From: an uncultured Candidatus Saccharibacteria bacterium
GTDB taxonomy: Bacteria; Patescibacteriota; Minisyncoccia; UBA6257; HR35
Length of the DNA: 44,369 nucleotides
Direction: 5' to 3'
Assembly: GCA_964655375.1 (NCBI GenBank)
Contig: CAZZNB010000023.1
Span: 1-44,369, forward strand
The notes beneath the pieces are model-generated. The model did no database searches. It saw only the letters and a program-made list of their open reading frames with translations, and was not told the DNA's origin. A program made the translations under genes and the position numbers. Positions 29,328 to 38,978 of this stretch are shown piece by piece. Each line of letters starts with the position of its first letter. Positions within the stretch are counted from its first letter, which is position 1.

Positions 29328-29910
29328 AGAACTACTTGAAAAAATCAAAAAGCTAAGGGAAGAAACAGGGGCGCCAATTAGTTTATGTAAGGAGGCCTTA
29401 GAAAATACAAATGGTAATATTGAAGAAGCTAAAAAGTATTTAGTTAAAAAGGGAGAGGCTTTATTAGAAAAAAGAGGCGAAAAAATAACCGGCCATGGTA
29501 TTATTGAAGGATATATCCATTTTAATGGAAGAGTCGGTGCTTTAGTAGAATTAAGAGCAGAAACAGATTTTGTAGTTAAAAATCCAGAATTTAAACAATT
29601 AGCTCATGAAATTGCTTTACAAATAGCTACTATGAATCCTAAGTATTTAAGTAGAGAATCTATCCCGCCAGATGTTTTGGAAATTAAAAAAGAAGAATTA
29701 ATGATTGATCTTAAAGACAAACCACAAGATATTAAAGAAAAGATTGTTGAAGGGAGATTAGAAAAATGGTTTGAAGAAGTTTGTCTTTTAGACCAAAAAT
29801 ATATTAAGGATGAGAATCTTAAAATCAAAGATTTAATATCAAATTTTGCAAATAAATGTGGAGAAAAAATAGAAGTTAAAAGATTTGTCAGATTAAGCAT
29901 AAATGACTAA
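29320..29910 (+). CDS. tsf: Elongation factor Ts (short form)
   Basis: IKKLREETGA....CKEAL, EGYIH..GRVGALVEL..ETDFV, EVCLLDQ.YIKD, KRFVR. Confidence 0.96.
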   Translation: MNKELLEKIKKLREETGAPISLCKEALENTNGNIEEAKKYLVKKGEALLEKRGEKITGHGIIEGYIHFNGRVGALVELRAETDFVVKNPEFKQLAHEIALQIATMNPKYLSRESIPPDVLEIKKEELMIDLKDKPQDIKEKIVEGRLEKWFEEVCLLDQKYIKDENLKIKDLISNFANKCGEKIEVKRFVRLSIND

Positions 29911-30205
29911 TTTAAATTTTTTATCTCCAATAATTGGATTTTTATTATTAGGTGCTGTAGCTTTTTATTTGATAAGAAGATATAAGGGAATTAAAATTTT
30001 ACCAAGGGATTATATAATTTTTCATAATTTTGGAATTAGAATTAAAAAAATTATTAATCGCTATACTTCAATAATAACTATAGAAAAACTTAAGAAAACT
30101 TCTATATTTTTAGCAGTTAAATTTTTACAAAGATTAAAAACAGACACTATCAGGCTCCAATTATTTTTTGAAAATATTCTAAATAAATTAAAAAATCAGA
30201 CTTGA
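29903..30205 (+). CDS. Hypothetical protein with N-terminal TM helix
   Basis: Overlaps the tsf end; hydrophobic N-terminus and basic C-terminus. Confidence 0.6.
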   Translation: MTNLNFLSPIIGFLLLGAVAFYLIRRYKGIKILPRDYIIFHNFGIRIKKIINRYTSIITIEKLKKTSIFLAVKFLQRLKTDTIRLQLFFENILNKLKNQT

Positions 30206-30792
30206 ATAATATTTTTTATAAAACTCAACCTATGATGCTTTGAAATGCCGTATTTTTTTATCGCCAAAATATGTTCTTTTGTACCGTATCCTTTGTTAAG
30301 TTTAAAATTGTAAAAAGGATAATATTTATCTAATTTAATCATATACTTGTCTCTTAATATCTTAGAAATAATAGAAATTGCTGAAATTAACTTAACTTTT
30401 TCATCGCCATGTACAATAAATTTTGCTTTCCCAGAAATTATTTCTATTTTTATTGGTTTCCCATCTATCAATATATAGTTGGGCTTAAATTCTTTATATA
30501 AAATCTCTATTGATTTTTTAAAACACCAACCAATACCAAACTTATCAATCTCTTTATTTGTAAATTTAATGATTTTAAATTTAGGCCCTAAAGCTATGAT
30601 TCTTTTGTATATTTCTTTTCTTTTATTTTCCTTAAGTTTTTTAGAGTCTTTTATCTCTAATTCTCTTATTTTTTCATAAAATTTAAAATCGCCTAATAAT
30701 CCTCCTACGTAAAATGGGCCAGCAAGTGCACCTCTTCCTACTTCATCTATTGCCAAAATTTTTTTGTATTTTTTGAAAAATTTCTCTTCCAT
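30196..30792 (-). CDS. rnhB: Ribonuclease HII
   Basis: AIDEVGRGALAGP, DSKKL, IDG, HGD, AISIISK..RD, NKGYGT.EH. Confidence 0.95.
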   Translation of the reverse strand: MEEKFFKKYKKILAIDEVGRGALAGPFYVGGLLGDFKFYEKIRELEIKDSKKLKENKRKEIYKRIIALGPKFKIIKFTNKEIDKFGIGWCFKKSIEILYKEFKPNYILIDGKPIKIEIISGKAKFIVHGDEKVKLISAISIISKILRDKYMIKLDKYYPFYNFKLNKGYGTKEHILAIKKYGISKHHRLSFIKNIIQV

Positions 30793-30801
30793 CTAACTAT
30801 T

Positions 30802-30809
30802 ATTATAAT
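30802..30809. promoter_or_regulatory. Palindromic ATTATAAT giving a -10 hexamer on both strands between rnhB and dnaE
   Basis: Centred in the 26-nt spacer, exactly 9 nt from each start codon. Confidence 0.6.
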
Positions 30810-30818
30810 ATTTAGGAA

Positions 30819-33800
30819 ATGAAGTTTGTTCATTTACATGTTCATACGCATTATAGTTTATTAGATGGAATGTGCAAAATTAATGAATTAGTTAAAAAAG
30901 CAAAAGAATTGGGCTATGAAGCTTTAGCTATAACAGATCATGGAAATATGTATGGAGTTATTGAATTTTATAAAGAATGCAAAAAAAATGGAATAAAACC
31001 AATAATTGGAGTTGAGGCATATTTAGCACCAAGAACTATTTATGATAAAACATATAAAATCGATTCAAAAAATTACCATATAACATTACTTGCTAAAGAT
31101 TATCAAGGCTATTTAAATCTAATAAAGTTAATAACTATAGCTAATTTAGAAGGATTTTATTATAAACCGAGAATAGATAGAAATTTGTTAAAAGAACATG
31201 GTTCTGGATTAATATGTTTATCTGGATGCTTAGCAAGTGAAATCTCAAGAAGCATTTTAAACAATGGCCTAGAAAGCGCTGAAAAGTTAGTATATGAATA
31301 TATAGATATTTTTGGGAAAGAAAATTTTTACTTAGAAATAGGGTGGCATCCAGGCATAGAAGAAAGTAGAAAAGTTTTTAAACCTCTAATAGAGCTATCG
31401 AAAAAAACTAAAGTTAAATTAGTAGCTACGCAAGATGTTCATTATATAAATAAAGAGGATAGAGATATACATGATGTATTTCTAGCAATTCAAACAGGAA
31501 AAGATATTGATGAAAAGGAGAGATTAACTATGAAAGAAGACTTCTTTCATTTAACTAGTATAGAGGAAATGCTTGATAATTTCAAAGAAATACCTTCTGC
31601 AATTGAAAATACTTTAGAAGTAGCTGAAAAATGTAATTTAGAAATAGAACTAAATAAAATAAAGATGCCTGTTTATGAAGTTCCCGAAGGATTAACAGCA
31701 GATGAATATTTAAGAAAAGTTTGCTATGAAGGATTAAAAAAAAGAAATTTAGAAAATGATAATAAAGCAAGAGAAAGATTAGAATATGAATTATCTATAA
31801 TAAAACAAACAGGTTTTGCTTCTTATTTTCTTATTGTTCAAGATTTCGTAAATTGGGCTAAAAATAACGGAATAAAGGTAGGTCCTGGTAGAGGATCAGC
31901 TGCAGGTAGTTTAGTTTCTTATCTTTTAAGAATAACTGAGGTAAATCCTTTAAAATATAATTTAATTTTTGAAAGATTTTTAACACCAGAGAGAATTTCT
32001 TTTCCTGATATAGATGTTGATTTTTCTGATATCAGAAGAGATGAAGTTATAGATTATTTAGCAAAAAAATACGGGCAAGATAAAGTTGCTCAAATTATAA
32101 CTTTTGGGAAAATAGCTTCAAGAGCTGCAATAAGAGATACTGGAAGAGCAATGGGGCTTCCGTATTCTTTATGTGATAAAATAGCTAAATTAATACCACA
32201 AGGAATGGATTTAGAAAGTGCATTAGAAATTCCTGATTTAATAGATTTATATAATAGAAACAAAGATGTACAAAGGTTAATAGATATATCAAAAAAGATA
32301 GAGGGGACTGTAAGGCATGCTTCAGTTCATGCTTCAGGCGTAGTAGTAACTCCTACAAAATTAACTGATTTTATGCCCGTCCAATATGCCCCACAAGAAA
32401 AAAGAATAATTACTCAATATGATATGTACTCAATAGAAGATTTAGGGCTTTTAAAATTAGATCTTTTAGGATTAAGAACTTTATCAGAAATTGAAACTAC
32501 AATTGAATTAGTAAAACAAAGAAAGGGTATTAATATTCATTTAGATTATGAAAATTTAGATGATCCTAAAACTTATAAAATTTATCAAGAAGGGAAAACT
32601 GTTGGAATATTTCAAGTAGAAGGCAAAGGAATGACTGAATACCTCAAAAAACTTAAGCCTACAAATATTAATGATATAAATGCTATGATTGCTTTATATC
32701 GACCAGGGCCTGTAGAATATATTCCGTCTTATATTAAAAGAAAATTTGGTTTAGAACCTATTACTTATTTGCATCCTAAATTAGAGCCTATTTTAAAAGA
32801 AACATATGGAATAGCTATTTATCAAGAGCAGTTAATGCAAATAGCTCAAGCTTTAGCTGGTTTTACTTTATCTGAAGCTGACGTCTTAAGAAAAGCTATA
32901 GGTAAAAAAATTGCTTCTTTACTTGAAGAACAAAAAACCAAAATGATAGAAGGAATGATTAAAAACGGTATTGATCAAAAAACAGCAGAAAAAATATGGG
33001 CGTGGTATGAACCATTTGCAAGATACGGATTTAACAAAAGTCATAGCGTTTCTTATGCTTTAATTTCTTATCAAACAGCATTTTTAAAGGCGTATCATAC
33101 AATTGAATTTTTAACCGCTTTATTTATTCATGAAGGAAATGATACAGAAAGGATAAAAGAATTAGTAGAAGAAGCAAAAAGATGTGGGATAAAAATTTTG
33201 CCTCCAGATATTAATGAAAGCAGAGAAACATTTACAATAGTTGATGATTATACAATAAGATTTGGATTAAGTTCTATAAAAAATGTTGGGTCCAAATTGA
33301 TTGAAGATATTATAGCTGAAAGAGATAAAAATGGGCCTTTTATATCAATTGCAAACTTTTTAAGAAGAGTAAAGTCAAAAGATTTTAATAAACGTTCTCT
33401 TGAAGCTCTTATTAAAGCTGGAGTTTTTGATAGTTTAGAAGATAGAGGTGTCTTATACTATAATTTAGATTATTTACTAGAATTTGCATCGAAACAAAAA
33501 AGCTTTGTTTACACTGGAGCAAAATTATTTAGCGGACAAAGTGAAGAAATAATTTTTAAAAGACAAGGAAAGGTTGATATATTTGAAAAACTAAGATGGG
33601 AAAAAGAACTTTTAGGCATATATGTATCTAATCATCCTATAAAGCTTATCAAAAATAACAATTTTATGAAAATAAAGGATATTAAAAAATATAAAGATGA
33701 GATGAAAGTTAAAATTATAGGGGTTATTAATAAAATAAAAAGAGTTATAACAAAAAATAACGAGGTGCTTCTTTATGTAGAAGTTGAAGATCATACTGAT

Positions 33801-33947
33801 AATATAGAAATTTTAGTTTTACCTGAAATATATAATTCTATGCCTATTATTTGGGAAGAAGGTAAAATTATCTCTGTTATTGGAACATATAATCCTATTA
33901 AAAGAGAGGACAGAGTAGTCGCAGAAAGAATTTCAGAAATAAGATGA
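30819..33947 (+). CDS. dnaE: DNA polymerase III alpha subunit
   Basis: PHP domain HLHVHT..SLLDG, GPGRGSAAGSLV, PDIDVDF, HASG, KLDLLGL, ALYRPGP, GFNKSH, C-terminal OB fold. No intein seen. Confidence 0.98.
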   Translation: MKFVHLHVHTHYSLLDGMCKINELVKKAKELGYEALAITDHGNMYGVIEFYKECKKNGIKPIIGVEAYLAPRTIYDKTYKIDSKNYHITLLAKDYQGYLNLIKLITIANLEGFYYKPRIDRNLLKEHGSGLICLSGCLASEISRSILNNGLESAEKLVYEYIDIFGKENFYLEIGWHPGIEESRKVFKPLIELSKKTKVKLVATQDVHYINKEDRDIHDVFLAIQTGKDIDEKERLTMKEDFFHLTSIEEMLDNFKEIPSAIENTLEVAEKCNLEIELNKIKMPVYEVPEGLTADEYLRKVCYEGLKKRNLENDNKARERLEYELSIIKQTGFASYFLIVQDFVNWAKNNGIKVGPGRGSAAGSLVSYLLRITEVNPLKYNLIFERFLTPERISFPDIDVDFSDIRRDEVIDYLAKKYGQDKVAQIITFGKIASRAAIRDTGRAMGLPYSLCDKIAKLIPQGMDLESALEIPDLIDLYNRNKDVQRLIDISKKIEGTVRHASVHASGVVVTPTKLTDFMPVQYAPQEKRIITQYDMYSIEDLGLLKLDLLGLRTLSEIETTIELVKQRKGINIHLDYENLDDPKTYKIYQEGKTVGIFQVEGKGMTEYLKKLKPTNINDINAMIALYRPGPVEYIPSYIKRKFGLEPITYLHPKLEPILKETYGIAIYQEQLMQIAQALAGFTLSEADVLRKAIGKKIASLLEEQKTKMIEGMIKNGIDQKTAEKIWAWYEPFARYGFNKSHSVSYALISYQTAFLKAYHTIEFLTALFIHEGNDTERIKELVEEAKRCGIKILPPDINESRETFTIVDDYTIRFGLSSIKNVGSKLIEDIIAERDKNGPFISIANFLRRVKSKDFNKRSLEALIKAGVFDSLEDRGVLYYNLDYLLEFASKQKSFVYTGAKLFSGQSEEIIFKRQGKVDIFEKLRWEKELLGIYVSNHPIKLIKNNNFMKIKDIKKYKDEMKVKIIGVINKIKRVITKNNEVLLYVEVEDHTDNIEILVLPEIYNSMPIIWEEGKIISVIGTYNPIKREDRVVAERISEIR

Positions 33948-34510
33948 AAAAAAGATTGTTTTTTGCTATTCCTGTTACAAAGGGTCTTTATCCTAAAATC
34001 GGGAGATTAGAAAATGAAATTGATAAAAAATTTAAAGTAAATTGGATACCTCTCCAAAATTTGCATCTAACTATTCTATTTTTAGGGAATATAGATATAA
34101 ATCATTTAACAAAAATATTAGAAATTATGGATAAGGCTTATTTAGAAAACAAAGAAATATTTCAACCTATTAATTTAAAAGTTAAAAAAATAGATTACGG
34201 ACCTCCAGGTAAAAAAAGGATGATTTGGTTATACATTGAAAAAAATGAGAGATTGAAATTAATTAAAAATATCTTAGAAGAACACTTACAAATAGAAAAT
34301 ATTCCTTATCAAAAAGAAGAAAGAGAATTTTTACCTCATATAAATTTAGCTCGGCTTAAAAATTTTAAAAATTTACCTGATATTAAACAAGATTTAAATT
34401 GGGCAATAGTATTAAACGAGCTTAATTTATATGAATCATATTTAGAAAAACCTTTTGCTAGATATGAGATATTAAAAAATATTAAATTTATTCATCAGAT
34501 AAAAACTTAA
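33944..34510 (+). CDS. thpR: RNA 2',3'-cyclic phosphodiesterase (2H family)
   Basis: RLFFAI, NLHLTILFLG, FLPHINLAR, LYES.L....Y. Confidence 0.9.
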   Translation: MKKRLFFAIPVTKGLYPKIGRLENEIDKKFKVNWIPLQNLHLTILFLGNIDINHLTKILEIMDKAYLENKEIFQPINLKVKKIDYGPPGKKRMIWLYIEKNERLKLIKNILEEHLQIENIPYQKEEREFLPHINLARLKNFKNLPDIKQDLNWAIVLNELNLYESYLEKPFARYEILKNIKFIHQIKT

Positions 34511-35624
34511 TTGGGTCAAAATATCCATAATTTTGTGGATAATCAGGAGTATATCCATAACATTTTGTTTCTTTATTGTAAATAAAACAGCTTGCTTCTA
34601 CAGGTGATTCTAATGTAGGCTTTGTTTTTATTTCAAAATGTAAATGAATATCTAAAGGAGATTTCTTATCGCATCCATCTTCTCCTATTCGCCAATAATT
34701 ACATCCATAACCTGTAGCTCCTACTTTGCCTATAACTTCTCCTTTTTTAATGAAATCACCTTTTTTCAATTTAGGATTAATTTCAGAAAGGTGAGCATAA
34801 AGTGAATATATATTTTCTTCTTTAATTTTATGTTCAACAATAACTACATTGCCCATACCATGATCTTCTTCTCCATTTTTTACAATTTCTGCTACCTTAC
34901 CATGATAAATATTATAAACATTCAAATTTTTAGCAAATGGATATGGTGCTAAATCTATACCTGCATGTTGAATATAATCTATTCTTCTATCCTCAGAAAA
35001 TGTCCAACGATTTCGTATAGGGTTATTAAATCTTTGTCTAATAAAAAATTCATTTATGTTAACTGGAGGATGGAAGATAGGTTTTATTTTAAAATTTTTC
35101 AATTTTTTATAAGAAATAATTAAATCTCCTGGTTGTGATAATTTGAAAAATTTTTTTGCATATTCCTTTTCTAATCTTATGCATCCCCCGGAAAAATTGG
35201 AAGATACTCTTTGGCCATCTAGATAATAAGGAATTTCATGAATAAAAAAATCTTCATACATTTGCACAGCATAGTTCATATAAACAGGAAATAAAGAAGA
35301 AATATGTTTTTCCTTTTTAATCCCTATTCTAAAATAGCCTGTAGGAGTTTGAAACCATTTTCCTTCTGGTGCTTGATAAGCTATAGGAATAATTTGTTCT
35401 AATTTGCAGTTTTCATAAAAATAAATTAAATTATCAGATAAATCTACTTCCCATACTCTTTTTTCACAAATTTTAGGTTTTAATAAATTTGGGGAAGAAA
35501 AATCATAAATAACTTCGTTATTATTTTCAAAAACATAAGTTTTATAAACAATTGTTTTTAAAAATAAATTAATTGAAATCAAAGTTAAAAAAATTAAAAA
35601 TATAAATAAAATCCATTTTTGCAT
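34488..35624 (-). CDS. L,D-transpeptidase (YkuD) plus M23 peptidase fusion, membrane-anchored
   Basis: TP.G.F, FIH...SGGCIRL (YkuD His/Cys); HAGID, GNVVIVEH, YAHL, HLHFE (M23 Zn ligands). Confidence 0.88.
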   Translation of the reverse strand: MQKWILFIFLIFLTLISINLFLKTIVYKTYVFENNNEVIYDFSSPNLLKPKICEKRVWEVDLSDNLIYFYENCKLEQIIPIAYQAPEGKWFQTPTGYFRIGIKKEKHISSLFPVYMNYAVQMYEDFFIHEIPYYLDGQRVSSNFSGGCIRLEKEYAKKFFKLSQPGDLIISYKKLKNFKIKPIFHPPVNINEFFIRQRFNNPIRNRWTFSEDRRIDYIQHAGIDLAPYPFAKNLNVYNIYHGKVAEIVKNGEEDHGMGNVVIVEHKIKEENIYSLYAHLSEINPKLKKGDFIKKGEVIGKVGATGYGCNYWRIGEDGCDKKSPLDIHLHFEIKTKPTLESPVEASCFIYNKETKCYGYTPDYPQNYGYFDPIKFLSDE

Positions 35625-35633
35625 TTTTGAGAC

Positions 35634-37139
35634 TTATTTATATAATGTAAGATATTTAGCTTTTAAATAGTTAAAAAATGGCTGGGTATCAAAATTTTTA
35701 TTACAGATTTTATAAATCAAATCTTTTGATGTATAAACGCTTCCATATTTATGAATATTTTCTTTAAGCCATTCTTGAATTATATTTATCCCATTTTCTT
35801 TAATTAAAATTTTGTCAATGCTTCCTACGTCTTTTTCTAATTTTTCTAGCCACATTCCTGTTAAAAAAGTACCTAAAGAATAAGTTGGGAAATATCCTAT
35901 AGCACCCATCGACCAATGAATGTCTTGTAAAATTCCTTCTTTATAAGTTTTTGGTTTTATTCCTAAATACGTTTTCATAAATTCATTCCAATATTCTGGT
36001 ACTTCTTCTATTTTAATTTTGTTTTCTAATATCATCTTTTCTAATTCGAATCTTAAAATGATATGAAAATGGTATGTAATTTCATCCGCTTCAACCCTAA
36101 TAAATTCTGGTCTTATCAAATTGAAATAAATATAGAAATCTTTGAATTTGTATTTTTTTAGAAAAACTAAATGTTTTCTACAAATATTCCAAATCTTTTT
36201 TAAAAATATTATATTTCTACCAATTATATTTTCCCAAAACCTTGATTGAGATTCATGCAATCCATAAGAGGCTCCCCTTTGTAAAGGAGTAAATTTTAAT
36301 TCTGGATCAATATTAAGTTCATATAAAGAATGGCCAAATTCATGAATGGTTGCTGATATACTTCTTCTAAAATCTTTTTTATGATACCAAGTAGTTATTC
36401 TTACATCATTTAAAGAAATACTTTCTTCAAATGGGTGTGGTGCTATATCTAATCTTGATCTTTCTGGATTAAAATTTAAAATTTTTAAAACTTCATAATT
36501 TATTTTCTCCATGTCTTCTTTTTTATATTTTTCTTTTTCTAATGGATGTCTATCTACGTAATTTTTTGAGGATTTTATTATTTCAAAAATTTTTTTAAGT
36601 TCGTATTTTATATTATTAAAAAAATTTTCAAAATCTTTTGTAGTCCAATTTTCTTCATATAAATCTATTAAAGCATCATAAGGGTGTTCTTTATAACCTA
36701 AGTATTCTGCTTGTTTTCTTGCTAATTCAAATATTTTTTTAAGAGACGGTAAAAATTCTTTAAGATTATCTGTTTCTTTAGCCTTTCTCCAAATTATTTG
36801 AGCTTTATTAGTTGTTTCGTTAAACTCTTCAATAAATTTATCAGGTAATTTTGATAATATTTTAATTCTTTTTTTAAGGATTCTTATAACTGCTTTTTCA
36901 TAATCATTTAAGTTTTTTTCTCTTTCAGTTTTATTAATTAACTTTACAAATTCTTTATTTAAGATCAATTTTTTTATTAAAACATCTACCTTGCCTAAAA
37001 TTATACCTCTATCTTCAGCAGCTTTAGGTGGCATATAAGTATTTAAATCCCAACTAGCTAAAGCATATAATCTTTGTATTGCATCAATCGTTTTATATCT
37101 TTCTAATATTTCTTTTATTATTTTATTTTTAAATTTCAT
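35634..37139 (-). CDS. Carboxypeptidase, M32 (Taq) family
   Basis: HPYDAL, APHPF, HEFGH, HESQSRFWEN, IRVEADE.TY..H, GILQDIHW, GYFPTY.LG. Confidence 0.95.
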   Translation of the reverse strand: MKFKNKIIKEILERYKTIDAIQRLYALASWDLNTYMPPKAAEDRGIILGKVDVLIKKLILNKEFVKLINKTEREKNLNDYEKAVIRILKKRIKILSKLPDKFIEEFNETTNKAQIIWRKAKETDNLKEFLPSLKKIFELARKQAEYLGYKEHPYDALIDLYEENWTTKDFENFFNNIKYELKKIFEIIKSSKNYVDRHPLEKEKYKKEDMEKINYEVLKILNFNPERSRLDIAPHPFEESISLNDVRITTWYHKKDFRRSISATIHEFGHSLYELNIDPELKFTPLQRGASYGLHESQSRFWENIIGRNIIFLKKIWNICRKHLVFLKKYKFKDFYIYFNLIRPEFIRVEADEITYHFHIILRFELEKMILENKIKIEEVPEYWNEFMKTYLGIKPKTYKEGILQDIHWSMGAIGYFPTYSLGTFLTGMWLEKLEKDVGSIDKILIKENGINIIQEWLKENIHKYGSVYTSKDLIYKICNKNFDTQPFFNYLKAKYLTLYK

Positions 37140-37152
37140 ATTTAAATAATAA

Positions 37153-37707
37153 TTATAAAAATTTCCCGCTACCTATTTCAATGTATAAAAACTCTTTAGT
37201 AGGGAATCTATTTTTAATATTATTAAAAGCCTTAAAATCTAATAAACTTGATCCTATATAAAATATACGATTACTATTCTGGATTAAATTTAATAATTTT
37301 TCATTTATTTCTGAAGACAATTTAAATTGACTTACAAAACCTATACCTTCTTCTTCAAGTTTTTTAATTATTTTTCCTGAAATAAAAGGGAAATAATTTT
37401 TTGTCGTAGAAACAATTCTATTTGAAAATAAAACTACATTAATTCCCTTCTTGGCTAATCTTTTTATTGTTAACAAATACTCAATTGGAATTGAATGTTC
37501 TTTTGTAAATTTTTTAAATTTTTCTTTAGATAAAAACAAATATAATAAACCTTTAACTAAAATTTTTACATCTATATCTAATAATACTCCATCAATATCT
37601 AGTATTAACAAATCTTTTTCAGATAATTTTTCTTTTAATGCTTCTATAGCCTCTTTGAAGCTTTTAAAATAAAGTATTTCTTGTCTTTTTGCTTGTTCTT
37701 TAAACAT
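37153..37707 (-). CDS. HAD-superfamily-like protein
   Basis: Motif I LILDIDG, motif II LFSNR, and a motif IV-like FYIGSSLLD (first Asp replaced). Confidence 0.55.
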   Translation of the reverse strand: MFKEQAKRQEILYFKSFKEAIEALKEKLSEKDLLILDIDGVLLDIDVKILVKGLLYLFLSKEKFKKFTKEHSIPIEYLLTIKRLAKKGINVVLFSNRIVSTTKNYFPFISGKIIKKLEEEGIGFVSQFKLSSEINEKLLNLIQNSNRIFYIGSSLLDFKAFNNIKNRFPTKEFLYIEIGSGKFL

Positions 37708-37712
37708 TTTTA

Positions 37713-38978
37713 TTATTTTATAATTTCCACTACTTTATCCACAGGTACAGGTGAGGAAATTACTATTGGATTTTTAGATTTAAGTATTGAAGGCAAAGTA
37801 TCTTTTCCTACTACTTTATCATCGTCTATCCAGTAAATCTCAAGATCTAAGAAGGTATTTTTGTTCCAAAAACTTCTAATTTGTTTATCAGGAAAAATAA
37901 AAATCATGCCATCATAATCAACTGGTTTTTTAACAAACATTAATCCTTTCTGCCATTCTTCAGAAGTTTTTGCTTCACGAAGTAAATAAATTTTATTCTC
38001 TAATTCATAAGGTAGAAATTTTTCGCTTATTTTTTCTATTTGAAAATTATTATTAAGATAAAATTTCCTAAAATAGATATTTCTGATTTTTTTATTTTTT
38101 ATATAAACCTCAACGCCTCCACCGATCATTGTTTCTTTTGAAAAATTTTGGTCAAAAATAAAATTTCCTAAAGAATAAAAAATAAATTTATCTTTGTATT
38201 TTTCTATGTTTTGAATTACGTGAGGATGATGGCCAATAACTAAATCTGCTCCAGAATCAATGGCTATCTTTGCTAATTTCTTTTGTCTTTCATTAGCTAA
38301 TTCTTGATATTCTTCTCCCCAGTGAAAACTTACAATTAAAATATCAACTTTTTCTTTTGCTTTTTTTATCACTTCTTCTAAATCATCATCAATTACCGCT
38401 ATACCTATTTTATTTTTTTCATATTTTAAATGCCTTAAAAAATCTGAAAACCCTAAAAGACCTATTTTTACCTCTCCCTCTTCGAGAATTAAAGGCTCAT
38501 AAGTATCTCCAAAATATTTAATATTATTTTCATTCAAATTTTTCAATGTGTCTTCAAAAGCAATTTTACCATAATCAAAAATATGGTTATTAGCTAAATT
38601 AACAATTTTTATATTTGCTCTACTTAAAGCTTCAGCTACTTCTGGTTTCATTCTAAAAGAATATATACTTCCTATTTTTGTTCCTTTATTAGATATTGGT
38701 CCTTCTAAATTAATGATTATGTAATTGAATGTTCTTAAATAATCAAAAATTTTTTCAAATGGGTAATTAAAATTTTTACCCATTTTTTTTATTTTCTTCT
38801 CTACATATCTTGTCATCATTAAATCTCCAACAAATAATAGTTTAATTTCAACGGGGCTTGGATTATTTTTATTTAGAATATTACTGGTAAAAGTATAATA
38901 ATTTCCTTTAAAAATAAATAAGGCTCCAATAATTAAAGCCATAAATATCAAAATTATTACAAAATTTCTATTTTTCAT
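37713..38978 (-). CDS. CapA-family metallophosphatase-like protein fused to C-terminal DUF192 domain
   Basis: FVGDLM, NLEG, LANNHIFDYG, SFHWG.EY, GHHPH..Q, YSLGNFIFDQ; then KGLMF...GMIFIF...FWNKNT..DL. Confidence 0.88.
   Translation of the reverse strand: MKNRNFVIILIFMALIIGALFIFKGNYYTFTSNILNKNNPSPVEIKLLFVGDLMMTRYVEKKIKKMGKNFNYPFEKIFDYLRTFNYIIINLEGPISNKGTKIGSIYSFRMKPEVAEALSRANIKIVNLANNHIFDYGKIAFEDTLKNLNENNIKYFGDTYEPLILEEGEVKIGLLGFSDFLRHLKYEKNKIGIAVIDDDLEEVIKKAKEKVDILIVSFHWGEEYQELANERQKKLAKIAIDSGADLVIGHHPHVIQNIEKYKDKFIFYSLGNFIFDQNFSKETMIGGGVEVYIKNKKIRNIYFRKFYLNNNFQIEKISEKFLPYELENKIYLLREAKTSEEWQKGLMFVKKPVDYDGMIFIFPDKQIRSFWNKNTFLDLEIYWIDDDKVVGKDTLPSILKSKNPIVISSPVPVDKVVEIIK

Noticed and set aside
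30819-33947. Intein or intron in dnaE (also checked gyrB)
   Set aside because: Lengths and motif spacing are ordinary; no extra segment with Cys/Ser...His-Asn ends.
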